Assembly: GCA_040954595.2 (NCBI GenBank)
Contig: CM082585.2
Coordinates: 12,016,241 to 12,080,240, forward strand
Source of the DNA: Balanoglossus misakiensis
Taxonomy: Eukaryota > Animalia > Hemichordata
DNA length: 64,000 nt
Direction of reading: 5' to 3'
Below the pieces are notes generated by a model. It saw nothing but the letters and a program-made list of their open reading frames with translations, did not search any database and was not told where the DNA came from. A program made the translations under genes and the position numbers. Shown one piece after another: positions 40,701-48,647 of this stretch; position 1 is the stretch's first letter; each line of letters starts with the position of its first letter.

Positions 40701-43700
40701 CTGCAGTCTTGATAAATGAAGGTTAATTCCTTGGAAAGCATAATTTGGAAATTTTCCTGTATCCTTATATTAATAAGTGCTGTGATGAGCTAACTTGATT
40801 ACCGCTGGTGTTGAAATCAACACAATGTGGAATATACAAGAGGCTGTTTCTGAGCACCAATCTCAAATTTATTGCGACTCTTGATAAGATGTCAGCACAG
40901 CACAGACATTCGGTCATTGTGATATCAACTAGAGTGTAGGTTTAACCCTTTCACCCCCAGTTCCCTCTTTAGAGGTCCCACCTTACCATAGAAAACAATT
41001 GGTTTGGACTGAACCATGTTGGTGAAAGGGTTAAGCAATGACTGTTAACCCTGACCTCCTCTTTAACAAATGACAGCTAGCTCAGCACAATAACTGCAAT
41101 GTAACAGCTGTACTAAAGTGTTGTGTGTTTGTTTCACAGGTCAATAGTAAAGACTTAATTTTAGCCACCCATGAAGAAGCTGCAGCCGCTCTCAAAAATG
41201 CTGGTCAAACGGTCACCATAGTCTGTCAGTACAAACCAGAAGGTGAGTAACTCCATCCCATTCATCAATGTACATACTGTCTTATAAAGTCCTCAGATGT
41301 AATTTCTGAGCAAAAAATCTTGTCTATGTAATGATGAGCTAACTTGACAACCACTGGTGTTGATATCAACACAATGTGGAAGATTACAAGAGGCTGTTTC
41401 TGAGCATAGATGCATGATTTCAGTTTCAACATTGACCAATACTGAAAATATGACCAAAGGTAAAAGTCATCTTCTCCAATCATTCTTTTTAATATAAATG
41501 GTGTTTTTCATATCTACACACCACTGAAATTGTATTCTGATTATGATCATTGTCAGTAGATGGCCCCCTCATTCAATGATTTCTTCTAAACAAGACGATT
41601 TGATGTTCTTTCCCTCTTGTCAACTGTAGAATACAACCAGTTTGAAGCGAAAATTCACGATCTGCGAGAACAGATGATGAACAGCAACGTTAGCCCAGGG
41701 AGTCTTAAAACGTCCGCCAAACGATCACTCTATGTCAGGTATGTCTCAGAGTGTGTGATGATGTACTCAGAGAGTTCACCAAGATTTATTGCCACACCAG
41801 ATTAATTCAATGTTTTTAATCATCCAGCCGTTTGAGGAAGTCTCAGTGTAAAGATCGCTGTATCGCAGGCCGTTTAAACATTGCTAGATTTCATTAACCA
41901 AACTTTTACTTTTGGTCATTTTCTTCTTCTCACTTCAGGGCATTATTTGATTATGACAAAACGAAAGACAGTGGTCTGCCTAGTCAAGGTTTGAGTTTCG
42001 AGTTTGGCGATATGCTCCATGTTGTCAATGCGAGTGATGATGAATGGTGGCAAGCGAGGAAGGTTGGATACGATGGAGAAGAAGGCGAGACTGGAGTGAT
42101 TCCAAGCAAGAGAAGGTATGCTTTGAAATTGACTTTTGAATTGAAAATGGCCGACTTGGGGTGTGTTGCTTTGAGTCTTGATCAAGAGTTATCTTAACAG
42201 GGTAAAATTATCATAATCATTACAGTAATCGTGACAGATCTTGTAGATTTCTTGTCGTGCATTTTCACTCAGTGGATGATTTTCAATGTGTTGCAATCAT
42301 TGCAATTACAGGGTGGAAAGAAAGGAACGTGCCAGGTTAAAACAAGTGAAATTTTCACAGAGGGGAGGTGGAGAAGCAGACAAAAGTAGGGTGAGTTCTT
42401 TAAGAATCTTTCTTCAAAATGATCAAATGTAGAATCTTACCCCATTTCCATGCAGTCGTAGAAACCCAGAATGTATATTGTATTTCTATACACATAAACC
42501 ACACGTTGTTTTCAGAATGTAATAATAATTTGGCGATGTTTTTTTTTCTTTTCTTTTCAGACTTCATTTAATGAAAAGAGGAAAAAGGGCATTGTATTTT
42601 CTCGAAAATTTCCATTCTACAAAAGTCGAGACAGCGACCAAGACACAAGTGATGCAGAACGTAAGATTTTATGAACTCACAATATTCCAATCTTTTGTTT
42701 TTGTTGAAAAAGTTTATTTCCTGAAAAATACACAACTAAGTAACACAAACATTGAAATCCCAGATATTTCAGTACCTCATTCAATCTTTATCGGTATGTT
42801 CTGGCAAATTGCACCAGTTGACGCATTGACGCGGATGACCATTCTACTTTGAATCAAACTGTTTTCACATGGACAATTTGTTTAAATATGAAAAAAAAAA
42901 ACATTTTAGATGTGATTATGTCTATGCATGTAACCATTTCTTGTATTAATTTTGATTACTTTGTGTACGTGTCATTCATTGCTGTGCACGCATCTTGATG
43001 ACCAGTGTCTTCGGTATCATCAATCCTTGACAAAGGTTATTTATTTTTAATTTCTAAAATATATTAATAGTTTTTTTGATAGACTCTGTGTCTTTATTGG
43101 TATGGCAGGCTTCAGATTCTTACAATATTAAAAAAGAAAAAGAAGATTTGAACATTTCAGCGTGGCCATCCAATTCACACTCAAAGTCTTTCAAAACGTG
43201 ATGAGACACAGCTTCAGGAGAAAGAATCCAGTTTTGTCAGAATCTATCACAGGTTCTGAGTCACTGTTGCTTGGATTTAACATCACCATGGCAATGGAAA
43301 CAAATTACGGTTGCCATGGAGTTAGTGCAGCAGACGTTGGCAGTGTTCAATTAAAGTTGTAAACTGCACAGCTTCCTGAAGCATGTGTCTTCACCTTAAA
43401 CTATATTCTGAAAAAGTAGTGGTGCATTTTGATGTTCAAAGCAAAATGCACTGTATAATAGTTGGTAGGATATCGTAATAACTTTCCGCACATTTTTTTC
43501 TCTCTTTCCTTTGTTTATCCCTGTCTGGTGTTTCCTTCCGGGACTTTTCCCCCCTCTCCTCCTTTTTTTGATATTCTTCAAATTTAGCCACGAACTTTAC
43601 TTCCAATGCCAGTGACACAGAAAGTACATGTAGCTACAGTAAGTTCTTTCACAGTTCAGTCACAGATTCACTACCAATATGAATCTGAAAATATCTCACG

Positions 43701-46319
43701 CTCATTAACTCACTCCCATATTTGAACACTGAAGATGAATCTGAAATCACAATATCAGTAATTCATTACATTCTTTAAAAACCATGTGGAATATTAACAC
43801 AAAATTGTGTCATTCACTTTTTTTAAAACAAATGACAAAACAGAAGGTGTTTGAAGACTCGGGTGAAAATGGTTTATATCAAGATTTTCCATGTCGAACC
43901 TGTCTTCACTGTGAAGATTGTAATGATGTCCAAGAACACACCAGAATATTTTAACAAGTTTATTCACTAAAAAGTAATAAATAGCAACAAAAAATATTCC
44001 GAGATTTTTGCAGTTCAGTGAGTCTTCAAACATCAACACCCAATATCCTGCATGTTTCTGTTCTTGCACATTTCAAAACTATCCTAAGATTTTTAAACAA
44101 AAAAATTCTAATTGTAAATTTTAAAATTGTGTTGCTCCATGTACTTTGAATGGATGTATGAATGAATGAATGAATGAATGAATGAATGAAGATATATAGT
44201 CATTTTGAGTGGAGACAAAAGCTTGTAAATGTAATATATAACCTTGCTAAAGTGTAATGTTTGAAACAACTGGTAAGCTGTCTTCCATGATTTCTCATTG
44301 TGTATGGGACACAATGGGATTACTGTGACCCAGTTTCGACATTTATCTTGGCAACTTGAACATAGTTATTGTTATCTCGAAAACTTGAAAACGATCTGTG
44401 TATCAGCTACTCTGTAATAGATACTAAACACAAATGAGAAAGCATTCATGGAAGATTGAATTCTGTGATTTGAAATGTTACTTTTAGCAAGGTTCTCAGT
44501 TCCATATACATGTAAAATGCACATGCAGCATCTACTTTCCCTAATCATCTTGCACACCACCCTCCTTTTTCTCTCATGGCAGTAAATTTGTATCGTGAAG
44601 CCAAAACATAAAATTCTATGTTTTATGTCCACCCTTTCAGTTTTGAGAGATATCTGCAGTTGCTTTCTATGATAACATGAATCTACATTTGTATAACAGG
44701 GGGTGTTGATGAACCCATACTGTCATATGAGGCTGTGGTTCAACAAGAAGGTAAGAATTAATCATCCTTGGCATCATTCTTTTTAAAGCTATATTACAGT
44801 TAAACATTAGTCTTTAATTTCATCCAGTGAGTTGATATTTTGATACCTGCATCCCCCTTTTTCTATAACGGTCAAAATCTTCTTTTGAATCACCCATGTT
44901 ATCTCTATTATCCATACAGCTACTCACTACCAGAGACCGGTCATTATCTTAGGACCAATGAAGGACCGCATCAATGATGACTTGATATCAGAATATCCAG
45001 ATAAATTTGGCAGCTGTGTTCCTCGTAAGTCGTACAGCGTTGTTCTTGTCTAGTCAGTTCACAGATAGTAGACTACAACCATGATTCCAAAATGCAAGGT
45101 TGGCCTTCTGTTAATATCATTTTCTTCAGAACCCTTGTTCAAGTTTTCAAACAGCAACATAGCAGCCCTGTATGTGGAAAGTGTTAGTCCAACACAATAT
45201 GACCATCTATCTCCTGTCTCTGTCTCCAGACACAACGCGAAAACCACGCCATTATGAAGTCAACGCCAGAGATTATCATTTTGTAGAATCCAGGGAACAA
45301 ATGGAGAGAGATATTCAGAATCATTCTTTCATTGAAGCCGGACAATACAACGATAATCTCTACGGCACAAGTGTTGCATCTGTCAGAGAGGTGGCTGAGA
45401 AGGTAAGATGACGTTTGTTTGTTTTTGTTTTGAAAATCTTGTGTATTTAAGTTGAAAGGCCATGCACATACTAATGCTGTGATGAGCTAACTTGATTACC
45501 GCTGGTGTTGAAATCAGACACAATGTGGAATATACAAGAGGCTGTTTCTGAGCACAGTGCATGGCGGCCTTCATTTGAGATATTAAAGTTAGTTGTTGGT
45601 CTGTTGTGTATTGTTTACTTGGTTGTCTGTGGCAAATTCTTGACTTTAGGTCTTTTGGCATTTTCATATCATATGCATGGATTCTAACTCATAGATGCTC
45701 AAAAACTGACATATTATTGACTTTATGAATTTTGGTCATTTTGGCAACTTACAATTATACCACTTTGTTTTTTTCTTTGTTTCACAGCAAGGAAAACACT
45801 GCATCCTGGATGTGAGTGGCAATGCCATCAAGAGACTTCAAGTGGCTCAACTCTATCCTGTCGCCATCTTCATCAAACCTAAATCCGTGGAAGGCATCAT
45901 GGATATGAACAAACGCATCACGGAAGAACAAGCCAGGAAGACCTACGACCGAGCACTCAAGTTGGAGCAGGAATTTCTACAATTCTTCACAGGTGTGTGA
46001 GATCCAGCCATGTTGAGAGTTGCTTGCTTGGAGAAAAATCTCCAGGGGTATGAATTTATCATTTTAGACCATCGCATTGACATATCATACTATGCTGAGA
46101 GAGGTATTTTCATTATGAAACTAAAATCTCAAAAGTAACTTTAGCAATCCCAATTTGTGAGATTGTAGAAGCCTCAGATAATAATTTGTGTTTGCATTTT
46201 TTTCTCCAACAGCAATCGTCCAAGGAGACACAGTGGAGGAAATCTACAAACAAGTGAAAGAAGTGATTGGCAGAGAATCCAGCCCTACCATCTGGGTACC
46301 GGCCAAAGAGAAGCTGTGA
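9542..46319 (+). CDS. DLG1: Discs-large family MAGUK (PDZ1-3, SH3, HOOK, GK); spliced CDS of 20 exons, start exon variable or upstream
   Basis: join(9542-9697,26173-26322,28671-28721,29518-29642,29922-30024,31356-31559,31862-32042,32260-32434,39921-40077,41140-41242,41630-41738,41939-42115,42312-42390,42561-42660,43588-43638,44700-44750,44920-45024,45230-45402,45788-45992,46213-46319). All introns are GT-AG with matching phases; 2562 nt in frame. Three GLGF PDZ loops, ALFDYD SH3 and a GK ending IWVPAKEKL* match vertebrate DLG1. Confidence 0.96.
9723..9814 (+). mobile_element. piggyBac-like (TTAA) MITE, copy 1
   Basis: ttaa-ccctttcacc ... ggtgaaagag-ttaa; homologous in reverse orientation to 40942-41034. 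Confidence 0.8.
10654..10734. repeat. Compound microsatellite (GT)n-(TCTG)n
   Basis: Direct reading. Confidence 0.97.
12871..12945 (+). CDS. DLG1: Candidate internal alternative first coding exon ([25 protein letters not shown])
   Basis: ACCATG start, GAG|gtaggt donor, 75 nt, phase 0, compatible with the exon at 26173. Cys followed by a polybasic stretch. Confidence 0.55.
18773..18873. repeat. Compound tetranucleotide microsatellite (TCCA/TCCC/TTCG/TTCA)n
   Basis: Direct reading. Confidence 0.9.
23356..23442 (+). CDS. DLG1: Candidate internal alternative first coding exon ([29 protein letters not shown])
   Basis: GAG|gtaagc strong donor, 87 nt, phase 0. Preceded by a CpG-containing stretch and a TCAGT Inr-like motif near 23240. 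Confidence 0.45.
26173..26322 (+). CDS. DLG1: Dlg exon: proline-rich linker [11 protein letters not shown]...SPLSEPY
   Basis: ttttccgtag acceptor, tat|gtacgt donor, 150 nt, phase 0-0. Positionally equivalent to the DLG1 ANPPPVLVNTD...PTY exon. Confidence 0.82.
28185..28198 (+). promoter_or_regulatory. RFX X-box-like motif GTCACCATGGTAAC
   Basis: Fits GTNRCC-AT-RGYAAC. The same 14-mer occurs inverted at 24226-24239. Confidence 0.4.
28459..28551. repeat. Degenerate (ACAAC/ACAAA)n low-complexity tract
   Basis: A/C-rich pentamer-like repeats. Confidence 0.75.
28671..28721 (+). CDS. DLG1: Dlg exon: [17 protein letters not shown] (start of PDZ1)
   Basis: ctacag acceptor, cga|gtaagt donor, 51 nt. 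Compare DLG1 VNGTDADYEYEEITLER. Confidence 0.93.
29159..29312 (+). repeat. Dispersed 154-bp repeat, long copy 1
   Basis: Near-identical to 40777-40930 (three substitutions seen). Confidence 0.9.
29518..29642 (+). CDS. DLG1: Dlg exon: PDZ1 [41 protein letters not shown]
   Basis: ccacag acceptor, aa|gtaagc donor (phase 2); GLGF motif. Confidence 0.96.
29922..30024 (+). CDS. DLG1: Dlg exon: PDZ1 C-half [34 protein letters not shown]
   Basis: ttgcag acceptor, atg|gtaagt donor, phase 2-0. Confidence 0.95.
31356..31559 (+). CDS. DLG1: Dlg exon: PDZ2 N-half ([36 protein letters not shown])
   Basis: aattag acceptor, aaa|gtaagt donor, 204 nt; near-identical to vertebrate PDZ2. Confidence 0.96.
31862..32042 (+). 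CDS. DLG1: Dlg exon: PDZ2 C-half and linker ([21 protein letters not shown]...)
   Basis: ctacag acceptor, g|gtgagt donor, phase 0-1. Confidence 0.94.
32260..32434 (+). CDS. DLG1: Dlg exon: Pro-rich PDZ2-PDZ3 linker (YQHTPP...VDGDDFPR)
   Basis: ctacag acceptor, ag|gtaaga donor, phase 1-2. Joins correctly to the EPRKV exon. Confidence 0.9.
32868..32885 (-). promoter_or_regulatory. CTCF-like motif
   Basis: The reverse strand CACTAGAGGGCGCTG matches the CTCF core. Similar sites at 265-280 (-), 892-906 (+) and 6328-6343 (-). Confidence 0.5.
33371..33420. repeat. Perfect 25-bp tandem duplication
   Basis: tttaaatagtcatttgataaataga x2. Confidence 0.9.
39921..40077 (+). CDS. DLG1: Dlg exon: PDZ3 N-half ([36 protein letters not shown])
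   Basis: ttttcag acceptor, tct|gtgagt donor, phase 2-0. Confidence 0.96.
40777..40930 (+). repeat. Dispersed 154-bp repeat, long copy 2
   Basis: gtgctgtgatgagctaacttgattaccgctgg...gtgatatcaact, as at 29159. Confidence 0.9.
40942..41034 (-). mobile_element. piggyBac-like (TTAA) MITE, copy 2
   Basis: ttaa-ccctttcacc ... ggtgaaaggg-ttaa; the reverse complement aligns along its whole length to 9723-9814. Confidence 0.82.
41140..41242 (+). CDS. DLG1: Dlg exon: PDZ3 C-half ([34 protein letters not shown])
   Basis: tcacag acceptor, g|gtgagt donor, phase 0-1. Confidence 0.95.
41332..41406 (+). repeat. Dispersed repeat, 5'-half copy (diverged)
   Basis: tgatgagctaacttg...gaggctgtttctgagca. Confidence 0.85.
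41630..41738 (+). CDS. DLG1: Dlg exon: PDZ3-SH3 linker ([18 protein letters not shown]...KRSLYVR)
   Basis: ctgtag acceptor, ag|gtatgt donor, phase 1-2. Confidence 0.95.
41939..42115 (+). CDS. DLG1: Dlg exon: SH3 ([20 protein letters not shown]...DDEWWQAR...GVIPSKRR)
   Basis: cttcag acceptor, ag|gtatgc donor, phase 2-2. Confidence 0.96.
42312..42390 (+). CDS. DLG1: Dlg exon: HOOK start ([26 protein letters not shown])
   Basis: ttacag acceptor, agg|gtgagt donor, phase 2-0. Confidence 0.93.
42561..42660 (+). CDS. DLG1: Dlg exon: I3-like HOOK insert ([33 protein letters not shown])
   Basis: Long T tract and cag acceptor, c|gtaaga donor, phase 0-1. Matches the DLG1 I3 insert [20 protein letters not shown]. 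Confidence 0.93.
43588..43638 (+). CDS. DLG1: Dlg exon: I5-like HOOK insert ([17 protein letters not shown])
   Basis: atttag acceptor after a long pyrimidine tract, a|gtaagt donor, 51 nt, phase 1-1. Compare DLG1 I5 HVTSNASDSESSY. Confidence 0.88.
44147..44189. repeat. (TGAA)n microsatellite
   Basis: Direct reading. Confidence 0.93.
44700..44750 (+). CDS. DLG1: Dlg exon: [17 protein letters not shown]
   Basis: taacag acceptor, g|gtaaga donor, phase 1-1. Compare DLG1 RGQEEYVLSYEPVNQQE. Confidence 0.92.
44920..45024 (+). CDS. DLG1: Dlg exon: GK start ([34 protein letters not shown])
   Basis: atacag acceptor, c|gtaagt donor, phase 1-1. Confidence 0.95.
45230..45402 (+). CDS. DLG1: Dlg exon: GK ([19 protein letters not shown]...[23 protein letters not shown])
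   Basis: ctccag acceptor, aag|gtaaga donor, phase 1-0. Confidence 0.96.
45475..45555 (+). repeat. Dispersed repeat, 5'-half copy
   Basis: tgctgtgatgagctaacttgattaccgctgg...gaggctgtttctgagcac. Confidence 0.88.
45788..45992 (+). CDS. DLG1: Dlg exon: GK ([18 protein letters not shown]...[10 protein letters not shown])
   Basis: tcacag acceptor, g|gtgtgt donor, phase 0-1. Confidence 0.95.
46213..46319 (+). CDS. DLG1: Dlg terminal coding exon ([19 protein letters not shown]...IWVPAKEKL*)
   Basis: caacag acceptor; TGA at 46317-46319. C-terminus as in vertebrate DLG1 (IWVPAKEKL). Confidence 0.96.
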
Positions 46320-48460
46320 AAATAATCACCAAGATAGGGACCTAAACTGTAAGCCAATCAAATGTCAGTATTGCAACTGTATATACCCTGTCCAGGTCTC
46401 GGCTTTCGGAAGAAAAATTATACCTGTATATAACTTGAGTGAATATTTCTTAAACTAAATAAATCATGAAAACCAAAAAAAAAAAAAAAAAGTGACCAGA
46501 ATTTGATACTATATTTCAACAAGAGAGTTTAGAGATGTTTCACTGTACATATAACTTAGCATTTGGTTGACGGGTGGAATTAACCCAGAAATCTGTTGTT
46601 AAAGTGTTTATTCATGTAACCTAATATAGAATATTTTTTCCTCTTTTTTTAAGGAAAACAGGGAACGAAATTTCACCCTTAAAGTTCAACATTCACTGCC
46701 ACCTTTATGCTTCATAGTAAAAAAAAAAGATAGGGGTACATTTTCAACAAAGTTTCCAATTCTGATGTGTGTGACAAAAAATATTGTGGAAGTCAGTGTC
46801 CCTGAAATTAAGTCCCCTCTAGTTAGGAAATAATGTTTGCATACTTGGAGGGGACTTTGGGTCATAATTATTGGAAATCATTAATTGTTGTCAAATCGTT
46901 TTCACAAAACATGACATTATTAACCAGATCTAATGCAAACTGACTTCAAATTTAGTTATATCGAAGAACATTTTTCATGTCAAAGTGGGAGTTTGATTTA
47001 TTGTAATGATCAAAGGGGATAATGTGCTAGGTAAATAATGAATTGGTCGAAAGGAAACTGAAACATTGTACAGAAGTTCAAATAATATTGTATTATCTTT
47101 GACCTTAAAATTTTGTGGTACTTGTAGTAAGATAGAACAGATGTATTTTTTCATATGAACCATAGAGTAACTTAAACCACTCTCCTCCCCTACTTTACAA
47201 TTTGGGATAGCCCATTTGCTTTCCCACTGGTTGATTCCATTAGCATACTTAGGGGTGACAGTTATACCGAAGAAGGGTGGATCTTTTTTTTTCTGAGTAA
47301 GTGTATTATGCTGGAGGTTTACCACAGAATCTTGATTTTTGTTTCATAAAAAATAACGTTTACGAGTGTAACTGAAAGTTTGTCTGGATTTGTTTTTGTT
47401 TTGTTGTTTATTTTGTAAAGTGACTTTTCTGAAGAAAAAAGACTAATACAGAATCTAGAAAAAAAGGTGTAAGACACAAGCTGCATCATGCTTTCTTAGA
47501 ATCAATCGTATTTACCGATCAAATATTCCATTATGGAGAAATAACAAACTAAGGGCAAAAATAGAACTTTCTTTAAAGGGTTGTCTTGTATACAGTTATT
47601 CATTCCAAGGTAGAATATTATAAAAGTCAATGTTTTTTTTTTATTTGAAATACTAATTGTTGGCTGTATTGATCTGATTTTGATTTGCCATTTAGTTTTG
47701 TTTTTACAACGCAAGGAGGCAGGTACACCATTTGGGTTTGACTCTCACTGTTGCTAGACCAATTGAATGAGGGAATAGTTACAGTTGAATATCATGGTGG
47801 TCATTTTCATACAGAAGAAATTGGATTTCATTGGCTACCTCGATGTAAAGAGTTTGATGTCAATCATACACGTTGATAATTGTTGGAGACATCGACACAA
47901 AGTGTCAGTCATATGGAGAGTTTGATCATGTATTGTAAGAGTGAAAGCGCTGGGTAAATCACCATTATTGAAGAGAATCTGCATTATAATGGCATTTTGT
48001 ATCAAGTGATTTCTGCTCATGAGAAACTAGCAAATTTCCTGTTTCTTTTGGAAGAGGGTTACCATGACAAACTATTCCATTTGAGAAGCAATTCGGATAA
48101 GTTTAAAACAGGGATTAAATTCCATGAAACAGACTTGTTTGTTTTATACCTTTACGTCGTTTTGCTCGTGTTACAAGTTGTACATGAAACATCTAGACTT
48201 GAGTTTGGGTGTGATAAACTACGATATTGTTCCTGTAGATCACAGACTAAAATTGCATTACTTGTATTTAAGGGACCACTTCAATATGTGTACCTACAGT
48301 TCCCTCAAAGCCATTTTATGTACATGCTTTTTGTTTTCATATTAATGAGTAGAATTGTTGGAGCTGATTAATCTAGTTTAAAACCTGTTCTGTATTACTA
48401 CCTTTATTGTCTTTTTTACAACTTGCAGTCTACGGCAATAAACATATTTGACTTTTAAAG
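46320..48460 (+). other. Probable 3' UTR of Dlg (about 2.1 kb)
   Basis: AT-rich non-coding sequence between the stop codon and the distal AATAAA. Confidence 0.6.
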
Positions 48461-48470
48461 TTGTTGGTTT
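48437..48470 (+). terminator. Polyadenylation signal AATAAA with downstream GU-rich element
   Basis: AATAAA at 48437-48442 followed by GTTGTTGGTTT at 48460-48470. Confidence 0.65.
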
Positions 48471-48647
48471 CAGTGCAATTATATTTTACTGATGTTCAAA
48501 TACCTCACACATAAACCAGGAAATTGAAACATAACATGAAGAAACAAATCTCCATGGACTTTACTGATGCCACAGCGCCCTCAACCATGTTCACCATGGT
48601 CTCCATTTGTTTGTTTGTTTGTTACTCTACCCACAAGTCTCTTCACA

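Noticed and set aside
43109-43201. Possible I2-like HOOK exon ([14 protein letters not shown]...)
   Set aside because: No suitable phase-1 donor, it runs into a stop, and it has no similarity to I2.
471-48371. Remaining 60-150 aa ORFs in the track not overlapping Dlg exons
   Set aside because: Intronic or UTR sequence with low-complexity or random composition and no recognisable domains. No nested gene, transposase, tRNA or rRNA was recognised.
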